Below, piece after piece: positions 11,915 to 25,203 of a stretch of 47,113 nt of DNA (positions within the stretch are counted from its first letter, which is position 1; every line of letters begins with the position of its first letter). Source of the DNA: Nemertoderma westbladi (Eukaryota > Animalia > Xenacoelomorpha); NCBI GenBank assembly GCA_032718475.1, contig JAUCBJ010007073.1, positions 1-47,113 of the forward strand. Direction: 5' to 3'. Below the pieces are notes generated by a model. That model saw only the letters and a program-made list of their open reading frames with translations. It ran no database searches and was not told the origin of the DNA. Made by a program: the position numbers and the translations under genes.

Positions 11915-12029
11915 TATAGTTATCTTAATGGGGCCCAAATTCCCAGAATTCAAGTACAATCTAATCTGGCTCCAGGTAGAGCTCGTGGTTGCCAAGGGAC
12001 AAATGCCTGAGTGGTGCCAGTCAGCCTAG

Positions 12030-12600
12030 CACGAGCCTGAAAAGGGTTTGGGCTAGGGTGACACTAGGCGTCACAAAGGTGGGGACCCCAAGCCGAGCCG
12101 GTTAGCCTAGGGTGAGCCTGAAAAGGATTCGACCTAGGGTGAAACTAGGTAGAGCGTGGTAAACAGGGACATGGACTGGACAGCCGACCCTGAGCTAAGC
12201 CGCTTGACTTGCCTTAGGACCCATCCCAAAAGGGATGGTGAGGGGTGAGCCTGAGCGGTTTGTGAGGGACCACTTTACCGAGGGACTCGGACCACCCGAG
12301 TGGCACTGGTCAGCTTGGTGCGAGCCTGAAAAGGATTCGAACCCTGGTGACACTGGGTGTCGTGAGGACCAAACAAACCCAGAAGTTAAGCCGCTTGACT
12401 TGCCTGAGGACTCACCCCAAAAGGGATGGCGAATGGCGAGTGGTATGCTGAAGGGTCAACGTAGTACTGACCAGATGGAGTGATATGCAGCATCACCATT
12501 GCATTCTCTCACTGACCAACGGACACCCAATGGACAGCCGAGTGGAGCCGGTTAGCATATCATGAGCCTGAAAAGGATTCGGAAAACAGTGACACTAGGC
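12030..12600 (+). repeat. Dispersed GC-rich repeats with core GAGCCTGAAAAGGATTCG
   Basis: Core at about 12033, 12114, 12322, 12564. Variants again at about 14403, 14521, 14647. Confidence 0.7.
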
Positions 12601-13089
12601 AGAGCGAGAGATAGACCCAACGGACTACTGACATATTTTTGACGGCCTAATGACTGACTTATGACAGACAGACTGACCAGACAGACGGGTATCAAACATA
12701 GTTCCATGGGGGGGGGGGGGGGGGTGGGGGTGGTTAAAATGTAAATAAATTCTGATTGACTATGAATTTTCGTGCTATTGGCTTATTTTAAAAAACTCAT
12801 TTATTATTATTGTATATATTCTATTTATATTGGCGTATTGGGGAGTCCCATATATTTGGTGAATTTTGCTGATACAAAATTCAGATAAACCTGTGGAATT
12901 CCAACCATGGCAACTTCCCGATGGAGCTTCACCCTGCGATGAATTCAGAAACCTAACTCTACTTCCGTGCTACACTGGCACGTAAACGCAGATGAAACTG
13001 GTGAGAAATCCAAGAAGGAAAAGGTGTGTTCAAAACTATAAAACCCTATTTATCTAACAGACTCTAAATTATCTACATTATCTAAATAT

Positions 13090-14830
13090 CAATGAGGAAT
13101 GGACATGTGTTGGAGTGATGGAGTTGACTCAACGTGAAGACAGGATTTGGAACATCAAAGCTGAAGTCTGGGAACGAACTAGCGAATATTCAGGATCATT
13201 GTCCATGTGGATTGATCCCAATACGAAATGTATGAGGAGCTGTTCTACGCATTCGCTTACGTCGCGATATGTGCTGCTACCGAATAAATGGATACCAAAC
13301 CACCAACAATGAGCAGGAAGGACTGTCGAACCAACTCTGGTACGGATCAGGAGCTCAATATTCAAGACCTTGCCCGTAGACTCAGTCACGCCAGTCATCT
13401 CATCACTCTCGCCACGGTCGTCTCGTCACGTCAGACTCGTCACTAGGGCCAACACTCGAATTGAAACACTGGTAAAACGGCCAAACTCTTCCAATGATGA
13501 GATCCAACAGCAATTCAAGAAAGTACAGTACGCTATCCAGAACTACGAGTTATCGTCCGGTGCATTCAATCGCCTGATTCCTATTGACAATTGCGAAAAC
13601 AAACCAAAACTCGAGGAACACCTGCGGCACCTCGACCAATTCTGGCATCAACACTCCCGAATTATCCAACTCGTCAGGAGGTACGAGGAGTAGTCAAACC
13701 GTAGACTCGACAAAAGAGCAGAGTCCGTCTCAACTGTTGCTACAAGATGGATGGATACGAGAACAACTGCTCCATCCACTTGATAATCAGAGTCTATTTT
13801 CTGGAGTGCAACCTCAACACTCCAGACTCCAAGATCAGGTGCAGGATCAAAGGGCCTGAGTGGTCAAAGCGCTAATGGAGAACAAATATGCGCAGTGGAT
13901 TTGGATAAAAATAAGCTGGCACAGGAAATGATCAACCAGCATCCGGCAATCGATATCGAGGAACAAGATGCAGAAACTCAGCAGGAACTCCAGAAGCGTG
14001 AAAGAGAGACTTGACTCGAAATCAAGAAGTTCGAAATAGAAATTCAGTGAGAGAATGATAGACAAAAAAAGGAACCCAATAAAATAAAAAAGGTACAACA
14101 ATGGGATGCAGAACAGCGATCTCGAGATATAAAAGCAGAAAATGATACAAAAGAAAAGTATGGACAATGCCAAATTAGCCGAGTACGAAACCGCTTTACT
14201 CGGCCAAAATCTCCTAATCAAGGAGGATAGGGAGAGAGGAATCGAATGGGAATATGAACCCATCCCCACTCCCGAGTTGGAGAAAACCATTCCATTCGAG
14301 GAACCCACTCCTCTCCAACCAATCCTTAAAACCCACAAACTCTCTCCCGCAGCACAAGAACTCATACCGGAAATGGACCAGGGAAGTCATAGTGCCCGAT
14401 ACGATCCTGAAAATGATTTGGAGGGGATAGCTATGTATCTTCCCGGTCGGAAAGCTCACTGCAGGATGCCTTCTCAAAAACCTTTGGAGAATGATCAAGT
14501 AGGTCATAGTGCCCGATACAAGCCTGAAAAGGATTCGGAGGGGATTGCAATGCATCTTCCTGGCCAGAATGCCCAAAATGGTTATGAGGGGTCGGGTACT
14601 CAGAAGGTGAAGTAGATCAGATTAACAGGCGAATTTCGGTGGGCAAGCCCGAAAATGATTCAGCCATCGGAGTTCCGCCTGATCCACAGACCTCAACCCC
14701 TCGACAGCCATGTTCAAATAACCTCCGGCGTGCCAAAATCCCATTGGATCCATCCTATGTCAGCGGTGCACACAGACCTCACAACATCTCCAGCAAACCC
14801 ACATCGATGGATTTGAGTACCATTTGAGTG
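13090..14830 (+). pseudogene. Degenerate long reading frame of unknown product (helical/coiled-coil, charged)
   Basis: ORFs 13115-13312 and 13370-13693 share one frame across a single stop. An E/K/Q-rich segment follows, then the duplicated peptide HSARY.PE.D.EGIAM.LPG. Confidence 0.4.
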
Positions 14831-15379
14831 CTGGAAAACCGTCTTTCGATGGCCAAAATGGAAATACGAGGTTTTAATGATATCAGTTTTATCATGTTTA
14901 TCAGTTTTACAAAGAGTGATCCAAGATCCAAGATTGGATCCACCGAAATAACTGATGGACAAAAAGTCGTTCATCTACCTTAATATCTTGGAGATAAACC
15001 AAGGAGATTAATCCGTTTCTTCTAAGGCAGTGATGATGAAGCATATAATCGTGATGCGTGGGATTTATTAAACCGGTGAAATGGAATTACCAGGACTATC
15101 ATTAATCAAACTCCCGAGAAACTGTTACAGGATGCAGGTTCATTGGAGACCCCAAAATATTCAAGAGTTTTCGGACTCAATGAAGGAGGCATACTACAGT
15201 TCAAAACCTTTGCAGAAGGAGGATCAAGTCAATAATATATTAAACCTCGAAAGTTTCCCAGATGGTTGCAGACCAAATGGGTGTACAAATGTGTCGATCT
15301 ACGCCGACATCATCCAGAATACGACCCCACGCATCTGGAGATGTCTAGATTCCTCAACGACGTCTCGGAATCTTAGAAT

Positions 15380-15700
15380 TAATTGATTTAAACACTTCAA
15401 ATAAATAAATTCTAGTAGGGTAGGGTGATCATTTTCTTTATTTATTCGATCCACTATAGCTTCTATACTCCTGAATAAACCTGGTATGAAATCTCTGATG
15501 GATATCGCAATAAACAATAAATTGTGATTCTTCAACTAAATTATAGAAAGAGCTAGAGAATTGTATTTACTTAAACCTACTTCTATGTTTTCATTCAGAT
15601 TAAGCGTATATGATAAGTCGTTTGTAAATTTTGCGAGTGTATTTCCAGGTAACTTTTTTGATGGGCCATTACAGAATAGGCTTATATAAGTATCCATCAT
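15380..15700 (-). pseudogene. Polinton minor capsid (penton/PX)-like pseudogene, N-terminal part
   Basis: YISLFCNGPSKKLPGNTLAKFTNDLSYTLNLNENIEVGLS resembles the FYxTLPSN..FPxNT...F...L...L...WEVGL pattern. It continues FIPGLFRSIEAIVDRIN. It lies directly downstream of the integrase. Confidence 0.6.
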
Positions 15701-15727
15701 TATTTTCGTATTTGAGTCTGTTTTATC

Positions 15728-16520
15728 CAAGTTGCTCGCTTATAACTTTTAAATTTACTAGATATTCCATGTTTGCCCCTCTGTTTCTTAATTTTAGTAT
15801 TTCATCAATTGGTGGTATGTCGCTCTTTTGTCTAACTCTCTGCAACTCTTGGGGGTAGAAGGACCCCTCAATATTGCGACCAATGGTATCTTTTATGGGT
15901 TACATTGCAATGGAATGCGATCCATTCTAATCCATGTGACAGTAAAAATTTAGTATACCCTTTCTCAAAGGTCTTTTTTCAAATATTTAATCTCACACTA
16001 TCTCCTGCTCTCAAGACTGGACTGAAACTTGAATTTTATAGAGGTCTCCCTCCATATAGTCTTTTATGTACTTTATCCTCATTTTCTTTATTTACAGGTA
16101 GCAGCGTCATCCCAATCGACCAATATTTAGAGTTATTATAGGCTATAACATCTCTGGTAATATTTTTATCCATTTATATCTGTTGCGACCAGTTATTGTT
16201 TTATACACTTTAGTTTTCAGGGTTTTATTAAATCTTTCGCAAATCGCAGCCTTAAATTGAGAACGTGTTGTATAGTATCTCACTTTCTTTAGCTTCAATC
16301 AATCCGAAACAAGTTTGTTGTCAAATTCCAAACCCTGATCTGTGCATAGGTTTCTTGGTATCTCATCAATAAATATTGTTTCTAGAACATGCTTAATTTC
16401 TTTTTCTGTTTTTTGTTTCACCAGTAAGGCCCATCCGCGCTTGCTAAAACAGTTTATAGTGGTTAAAATATATACATATCCAGAATTTTTTTAGCGATGT
16501 TGTTGAACTCTGCATGGTGC
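15728..16520 (-). pseudogene. Polinton-type (rve) integrase with C-terminal chromodomain-like region; frameshifted and with stops
   Basis: Manual translation: GYVYILTTINCFSKRGWA...PRNLCTDQGLEFDN...ICERFNKTLKTK...YNNSKYWSIGMT...GDSVRL..KKTFEKGYT...IEGSFYPQELQ...IDEILK...EYLV. Not recovered by the ORF track. Confidence 0.88.
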
Positions 16521-17075
16521 TGCGCTCTAAATTTTCTGTATTTAATATAACTTCAGAACTTCGGGAAAAAATTGTGCGCCGAATGCGTTTGGCATACATG
16601 CTCTACTTAGTAGAATGGAGCCTACCTACAAACAACAGTCTGAAAGTATTACAGGTGCAGCATTCAATAAAGGGCTACCGCCTACTGGTATAGTAAAACT
16701 AGAGAACTAGGCCTATTATATATTTACTGGTTAGATATCAATTGCATAATGTTTGCTACCAGTAGCACACAAATTTGGATTTATATTTAACTTACAGCAG
16801 CAGTTAATATTCACAGAAGGTGATATTGGGATGGTCGAACTGAAGTTTAGATGTTGATGGCAATGATGGTTAGCCAGGAAATTGAATGATGACACAAAGT
16901 TTGCTTGATGGTGAAGTTGATTGTCGTTGATACAATGGCAGAATGGTGCGGTGTTGTTGCTGCACGTGTGAACTTAGCCTTTTAGATTACTTATTTTACC
17001 TTATTTATTATTACTTATTTTAGATTACTATAATTAATTACTTATTTAGGCCTATTACTGTATTAGTTTTATCGT

Positions 17076-17710
17076 CTCTGTAACCTGCTCCTTTCCCTCA
17101 ATTAGTTAAATGATCGTTTATTGTTTTGGTTAGAAAATCCCGCCTCTGTAACCTGCCCCATTCCCTCAATTAGTTAAATGATCGTTTATTGTTTTGGTTA
17201 GAAAATCCCGCCTCTGTAACCTGCTCCTTTCCTTGAATTGGTAAAGTAACCGTTTATTGTTTTGATTAGAAAGGCCCGCCTCTGTAACCTGCCCCTTTCC
17301 CTCAATTAGTTAAATGATCGTTTATTGTTTTGGTTAGAAAATCCCGCCTCTGTAACCTGCTCCTTTCCCTCAATTAGTTAAGTGATCGTTTATTGTTTTG
17401 GTTAGAAAATTCCGCCTCTGTAACCTGTCCCTTTCCCTCAATTAGTTAAATGATCGTTTATTGTTTTGGTTAGAAAATCCCGCCTCTGTAACCTGCTCCT
17501 TTCCCTCAATAAGTTAAGTGATCGTTTATTGTTTTGGTTAGAAAATCCCGCCTCTGTAACCTGCTCCTTTCCCTCAATTAGTTAAGTGATCGTTTATTGT
17601 TTTGGTTAGAAAATCCCGTCTCTGTAACCTGCTCCTTTCCCTGATTTGGTAAAGTGACTGTTTATTGTTTTGGTTAGAAAACTCGGCCTTAACCTGCTCC
17701 TTTCCATCAA
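17076..17710. repeat. 68-bp tandem repeat, about 9.5 copies
   Basis: Unit CTCTGTAACCTGCTCCTTTCCCTCAATTAGTTAAATGATCGTTTATTGTTTTGGTTAGAAAATCCCGC at 17076, 17144, 17212 and onward. Confidence 0.95.
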
Positions 17711-17759
17711 TTGGTAATTGTTTTTGGCTATAAAATGAGTGTTTTGCTACGTCACAATT

Positions 17760-20250
17760 CGAGTGCTATACCTCTTCCGACGAGTTTGATAAATCATCAG
17801 ATAAATCTCGGACTTCCAGAAGCGGAAGACGCTTGGAACGAGCTGAACGTCATCGCCTTCCAGAACTGCCACCACAACATCCCGCTAATTCCATTGAAAA
17901 TCCCCAAGAACCTAGAACTGACTCTGACTCAGCGTTTTATAAACCTATTAATACACCTCTTGCGGCACCAAACATGGTCCCCCGTACCGGTATATTAATA
18001 AATCCTTCTAAGCTGAACGTAACATCTGCAGCTAATGTAACCCAAACCAAATTATCACCCTTTGGTATTTCGACAACCTCTGTAGGCAGTGGCCAGACAG
18101 ATAGTCTACAGCTCAAAACTTCTACAGTATATAGAGAAAGATTAAATAAGTCCTCATTAAATCTGCAAGCTATGCAGGAGGCAGTAAATAATAAAATTGA
18201 AACAATTACATAATATCGATTTTGAATTAAATCGATTAAATAAACAACGAGAGGTAGTGAGTGAACAAAATCAGCAACAACAGCAAGCATTGGAAAGGCA
18301 ACAACAACAATGGCAACAATTACAGCAGCATTTAAAACAGTTGCATGACGTAGCTGCCAACAATGAGCAATCGCGGATTATGCAGCATCGACGTTTGCAA
18401 GAGTTGCGAGGTGAATCTGTACAAGCCGCCAAGGTTCTAGAGGAGCTACACCAAAAGTTGGTTAATTCTCAGGACCTCCTGGCTTCTAACAACGCCGCAG
18501 TGGTCAGGAACCCAGACTCGCCTGAGTATCAAATCCTAAAAAGAACCTCTAATATAAACGGCGTTGAAGCTGAAAATATGTCACGCCCTCCTATCTCACC
18601 CAATGTTAAAAACCCTGAGTATAGCACAGGAAGACAAAATGACACACAAAATAATAATAATATCAACAACCCTTACAACAATCCTTACAGCCCCCCCCCC
18701 CCCCCCCCCCCAGACTAATGTAAGCAAGCCTCTGTGATAACTCTACCTTTAATACTATGTTTAATAGTACTATAGCTCAGGATAGCTTCACCCGCGAATT
18801 TTTCAAGTTCGACTACACTGCAACAACTGTAGCGTCATCGTAAACGCCCTAATGGATACAGGAAGTTCTAGATCCTTCATTGATCAAGACCTTGCAGAGG
18901 AGTTATTTAGCAAGGCGGATGGACATCCAATGAAATTAAATCTATCTGGCGTAATGCAAACCTGGCAATCAGTTATACAAACTCGTTATTACAAAATTTC
19001 TTTATCTGACCCCGGTGATATAAATGAAATATGTAAATTAAATTAAACAACATCAAGGTGGTTGCGATTAAGAACTTTACCGATAGTCAAGCACCTGTGT
19101 ATAACTGGGACAACGATGACTTTGTGAAACGTAATAACATCCCGCGATATAAACTCGATCGACCCGGAGTTCGATTATTAATCGGCCAGAGCGCGCCAGA
19201 GGCCCTGGAAATTTTACAAAAACTCCCTAGTTCGCCTCTGCCTTTAACCACATACGCTGGCAGAACCAGAATCTCTTGGTTCTGCACTGGCCCATTGATA
19301 AAGACTTTAAACGAAAGAATGTCTGTGAGAATATATCAACCAATCACATTCATTCAGAAAACATATCGACCAATTACATCCATTCTCCTAAACCCGGTTA
19401 TTTTGTGGAAGCGGAGGAATTCGCGGTGGGAGGACCCGATTTTGGGACAAAGTTTTCAAAATTTTTTCGGTGAATCCAGTAAACCCAGCAACAACAATCA
19501 ACAGACATCCCGACTTAATACGGACGAATATGGAGAACCCATTGACGCAGTAACCAATAATTATATAAACAAATCGGACAATTGAGTATTCACTCCCGGA
19601 CTGAAGCTGTCCCAGATACCCCCCAATTATTTCAAAGTCAATCACACTTACCTAATACTAAAGTAGGTCTATCCCCACTGATAACCCGCGCCATGAACCA
19701 TTATAGCTCATGGGATAAATTATGTAGGGCTATAACTATTCTGAAACAACTATTCCACTACAGATATAGTACTAATAATATACCTGTAGTAAGCTTGTCT
19801 CACACTGAAGTTGATAAATCTAATTTACAACTGTTACGACTTTCACAGAAACTTGAGAGACCTGAGGAATATCATCAACTCAGCGTGGATCCTTTGACTC
19901 CATTGTCGGGTAAATTCTCAGGTACTATGATTAATGGATTAATTTGTGTTGGAGGTCATCTTACCAACGCTCCTATTTCTAGAGACACTACGTTCCCAAT
20001 ACTAATATTCGATCCCGAGATTCAAACAAAGCTGATACACGACATCCACTATGGACTATATCACGCCGGGAGAGAACATACAATAATTGAGATAGGGACG
20101 CGTTACTGTTTTGTCATCCCTCGTGTGGCTCTGGGCCGGACATTGCGGAGTTGTATACCTTGCCGCGGGATTTGTGGCGGAGCAGTGACGCAGTCAGAAG
20201 TGGTACCTCCAAAGAAAAGAGTTGACTACTATCATCCACCGTTCAAGCCA
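17760..20250 (+). pseudogene. BEL/Pao gag-like, aspartic protease and integrase zinc-finger remnants; RT/RNase H and integrase core not seen
   Basis: ALMDTGSSRSFI (protease), LLIGQ...RTRISWFCTGP, YSSWDKLCR, GLICVGGHL.NA, H...HAG...C..C (H2C2). Confidence 0.85.
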
Positions 20251-23185
20251 AAACTACACTATTTCAATCGACCAACTGGCCGCCCTTGTTTATTAGAACT
20301 GGCAAGGGAACGTTCGGGTAAGTACGGGCAACGACGGGTTAGGCCATTTATTAGATATTTATTATAGCGTAGGTATTAGTATTAGACTACACTGCAGGTA
20401 GCAACAAAACCTACTTATGTTAATCGTACATTGCATATTCTGGACGCAGATACAGCAATTTAAATTAACGACAAATTATTTGACTTAAAACTTAAATAAT
20501 TTAAAATTAATGACTAATTACTAACGACAATACTCAATCGTGGAAGCGGATTTGTGTGACGTTACCAGCATAGAAATATGCGAAAAAAATTCAAAATTTT
20601 GTATTTGATATAAATTAATAATAATAACCAAAATTAAAACATCCCAAATTAAATATCGCTATAAATCATCAAATAACTATTACAGTAGTTACTAGTGTGA
20701 AATAAGTGTGAGAGCTGAGCGTTCTAATTTCTACATTTACCAGCATGTCGCCGAACAATTTGGATTAATAAAAACCGAAACAACGTGTTTCTCTGAAAAC
20801 ACAAATGGTGTCCGTGTAACTGTGAATGCAACCTTTTAGTACAGCTTGCATTACAGAAACTCAACCTGTTATCATGGATACACAAAACAGTGACATTCTG
20901 GTAAATATTAAATAAGTCTTTTGAACCGTATTTTGACTTTAAACTAAATTAAAATATGCAAAAATGACTTTAAATTAAGCTAATTCGTGTGAATAAATAA
21001 ATATATCGTGTGAGTTCGTGTGAAGCGTATACAATTGTCCAACCCTTCATTGATGCGAGGATTATAGCAGACACATCTGGCTCCGGACCAGTCCCCCGTC
21101 TCCCTGGCTTGATGAGAGTTTAGCATATAGCCACGATACTTCGGTACCGCTGGTAGTTGCAAACTCGAGTCTCTCCATTAAGGGATCGATCAGGGACTGT
21201 GTTGCGGTGTGTGGCTGTCTGATTGGGGAGGTGACGTCCGCCTATCCACGTTGCAGTCATGTACTCAAACTCGCAAATCGATATGTTGAAACACCTTCTT
21301 CCGATAAACGAGATTCTCGGGAACAGCATGCGGAGATGATGGATACGATTACGGCTGATCTCACCGGTGAATCTACCGAACTCACTTCAGAGTATGTCAC
21401 CCGTATGGACGTGAGGAGGAAGAGAGGACAGAGCGTGAACGATTGAACGACGAACGCGAATTAGCTTCTTTGGTCCAACCCGCGGTCCAGACTTTAATGG
21501 AAGGGTTCCAAAGTAAAGCACGTATTCACACGTCTGGGTCTGTAAAGCGTTTACGGTGTCGCTTAAAGTCATACCCAACCGATACCTTTCGACACCGACA
21601 TCTCCAACCCCAATTTAGTTGTGGATGCTCCGATGTTGTAAACTCACATCGTAAAGCCTATATGCGACGATATTGATTGATTATCGCTTCTCCCGGTCGA
21701 GCTGATCAAATAAAGATTTTAATTCGGAATAATTACCTCGAAGGACGTCCTCTCCATTCCCCATGCTATGGGACTCAGGACCACCCGGATTTCGTCTTGC
21801 TCGGTCAACATTGTGTAACGAAACCCGAGCTTCCGCCTGCAGCGTGGATTTTCTATCTCTGGTTAATCCCCTCGACGATACCGACGTCGAGCCCCTGCAG
21901 AAGTATAACATATAACACCATATAACAAACTCAAATATCTTTCGACTCGACCCAAAGGGACGACGAAATATCCCTTCTGAAATATATCAGATTGTGGGAT
22001 TCCTCCGCGAATTTACAGCGGATTGCGCGATCATATTAGCCTATGTAAAGTTATTGCGCTATTCTGTTCCCACATCAATCGTGGTTAGCCAACCTCAACC
22101 GGGAACATCTACTGGTGGACCGACCGTACGAACTGTCGCACCCCCTTCTGACTCATTGAAACTTCATCCTTCTGCCACTGAGGGGCTTCAAGTGCAAGGT
22201 TCTTCACCTCCGGTACCTGGTAATGGCTCCCCGACACATAAACGTCGTAAGCGACCCCCAAAAAGAAAAAAAACCGAAAATAAACATTAATTTTCCGGTT
22301 ACTTTTTATTATGGCTATTCTACTTTATATGACTTATATTCCTACTTTATATTATGCGTAAAATAAGTAAGTGGTATCCCCAATAATTCATTTAGCTTAT
22401 TTGTTCACGAGCGGGGACATCTTATATGTATTAGATATACTCTTTAGCACCACAGTTTGCTTATTTAGAAGTAATTGGTACCCAATAATTCATTTAATTT
22501 GATTTGTTCACGAGCTGAAACCTTTTATATATGTATTATATATACTCTTTGGCACTATAGCTTGCTCATTTAGAGGTGATAAATGTTCACTAATCTACTC
22601 TATTCAATTTTGTTCACGAGTTGAGATATTTTATATGTTGGCTACGTATGTCCCATATAATTGAGTTTGATATTGTCAATTGAACTATTTACTTACTAGA
22701 CCTTCCTATATGTACGAATTTGAGCTTCTGCTTTAATTTTAACACCCTGGTGGCTAAATGAATGGAAGCAGTGTTGCTGCACGTGTGAACTTAGCCTTTT
22801 AGATTACTTATTTTACTAATTTTAAGCTCAAAACACCATTTTATATTGATAAAGTCGGTTATGGTATAATATTAGCTATTTTGTTGGATAATTCTTTGTT
22901 GAGGGTTTTGACGCCATCTAGTGGCATTATCTGCATATCCAACTTGTATTAATGTTTGCTGGTTTGCCATTTGTGTAGGGATCCACCTTATTGGCTATGC
23001 TCCTTACTGATGGGCTGATATATAAGTGCGGTCGGTTCTGTGGTGGTTTTACTCTTTTTGTTATTGTTGGAAAGAAGAAGTCGCACTGCCCATGCAGAGG
23101 CACCGATCCCCGGTCAGGTTTAATTGACTGGTGGTTATTACAGGCCTAAGGTCTAAACTTAAAGAGTTAATAATTGAATTATTGA

Positions 23186-23395
23186 AAAGGGGAAAAGCCA
23201 CCACCAATTTGGACTAAAGGTCAACTAAAGCCTCTCCCCAAGAAAGGAGACCTCGGCATACCAACAAACTATCGTGGGATCTTTCTGCTTGTGGTAGCTG
23301 CCAAAATATACAATAAAATGATTCTATATAGGATTAGGCCTCACATAGAGAAACTACTGCGTAAGAGCCAAAACGGATTTCAACCAAGTAGATCA
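23186..23395 (+). mobile_element. RTE-clade LINE A, piece 1 (5'-truncated)
   Basis: EKPPPIWTKGQLKPLPKKGDLGIPTNYRGI...QNGFQPSRS. Continues in frame after the TSD copy at 25204-25214. Confidence 0.9.
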
Positions 23396-25203
23396 CTACT
23401 AGGATCGGCATGCTGCATTGCAGCTGCATTTTTAAGAATGCTGTGCCGGCTTGTCAACAAAATTGCACCGCCACAACTCCCTATCACCCATGACATTTGC
23501 TAGATCATCCGCATCTTTAAGGCCAGTGTCCTTTAAGATGCGTCTCAAGAAAGTCATGGGCTGTCCACCATGCTTATTCACTCCATGAGGCTGCCAAAGT
23601 ACAAGATTATGCACTGGCTGGTCCTCACGGCGAAAGCAATGTCCTGCAAAGCGGAGGCGATTTTGTTCTAGTGTCAAGCTTGGGGGAACCAATGAGACAC
23701 CTCCAATGTTATATAGTGTCTGGTTGGAGATGTGTGCATTGTACTTGACACAATGAACCCGGCGTAGCATTCTCGTGAATGTGCCATCCAGAGATTTGGT
23801 GTCCTCAGCAGTTAGAGCCCAGCATGGACTCCCGTAGAGGAGTACTGGAACTACTGCTGCTCTAAATAATCGGACCTTAAGTTTCCGATTAATTCTCGGT
23901 GACTTCCAAATCCTGGAAAGCCTATTCAAGGCTGCCCATGCCTTTCCCTTACGTATTCGAAGGTCCTCACCTGACTTCCGGATCCATGATCCCAGGTAAC
24001 AGAAGTCGTCCACATGCTCAAGCATACCATCCTTTGAGCTTATGCTCATCCGATCAGAGACTTGCTGAGGACTTTCAAAGTTAACTGTCAGAATTTTGGT
24101 CTTTCTGGAGTTAATAAAAAGACCAACACTAGAAGCAGCATGTTCTAATGAGCTGAGGAGCCGTTGGGCTCCCTCTAATGATTCTGAGAGTACTCCTAAG
24201 TCATCAGCAAAGTCTAGATCAGTTAGGTACTTGGCAGGATTTCCTCGACTTCTGGAGCCAGTAGGTGGAGTTATCATCACCCCATCATCATTATAATGAT
24301 CTAAGGACATGCGTAGAACATAGTCAACCACAATAATGAACAAGAATGGTGCAAGTGTGTCTCCTTGGAGGACGCCCCATAACACTTCAAATGGTTCTGT
24401 GTCACCGTCAACAGTAGACACAAATGTTGTCGAACCATCATATACTGATCTGATTGCTGCAATAATTTCATCAGGAATCCCATATAATGAAAGTATGCTG
24501 AACATACGTGAGCGAGAGACTGAATCAAAGGCCTTGAAGAAGTCAACAAAGATAACAGCCAGATGCCTGTCTTTCTTTTTTGATAACTCTTCAATTATCG
24601 TTCTAAGTGCCAAAATGGGCTCCATGGCCCCACGACCTTTACGGAACCCATTCTGATTTCCACGGAGCAGTCTCTCAATTGGATCCCTGATGCGATTTAA
24701 TAGAATCCTATTGTATAGCTTTGCAGCAATCGAGATCAATGAGATTCCCCGAAAGGAACCATAGAGTGTTAGGTTGCCCTTCTTGGGAACTGGCACCAAC
24801 TTCTTTGTTTTCATTTCTTGTGGGACTCTTGTTGTTCGGTACATGTCTACTATGATGGGATAGATGAGCTTTAAACACTCAGGTATTTTAAAGACCTCAG
24901 GGGGAACACCATCTACTCCACTGGCACGATTGGTCTTAATGCTCTTTGCAGCAGCCTTCACTTCTGCAAAGGAGATATCGCCAATGGGAATATCTGTGAG
25001 TACAGACTCAGACACTTTTACTTCTATAAAGTTATCAGGCAATACCCTGTCATTATTGAGGAGCTTTTCAAAGTGGGCTTTCCAACCATTGAGGCGATCG
25101 GCTGGTGATTCAGCCTTAACCTTGGTGGTTGGTTGGCTTTTCCGCCCAGTAAGCAGATTGATCGATTTCCATGCCTGGGATGATTGCCTGCTGTCGTCAG
25201 CAT
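23396..25203 (-). mobile_element. RTE-clade LINE B (5'-truncated, uninterrupted RT ORF ending at 23432) inserted into LINE A
   Basis: PKKG...RGISL, QNGFR, FVDFFKAFDSV, GVLQGDTLAP, FADD. 11-bp TSD CAAGTAGATCA (23385-23395 and 25204-25214). Short TAGTAG tail. Confidence 0.95.

Larger units (their letters stand above)
16955..22816 (+). mobile_element. Internally deleted BEL/Pao LTR retrotransposon nested in the Polinton-like element
   Basis: BEL-type coding remnants bracketed by an identical 45-bp TGTTG-starting direct repeat (16955-16999 and 22772-22816). The true right boundary may extend to about 23180. Confidence 0.65.

Noticed and set aside
20553-20815. Possible extra LTR (TGTG...AATAAA...ACA followed by TGGTG PBS-like sequence)
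   Set aside because: No second copy or TSD in the window, and the motifs are too short to support a call.
23291-23503. 70-aa ORF
   Set aside because: Junction of LINE A piece 1 with the antisense 3' end of LINE B.
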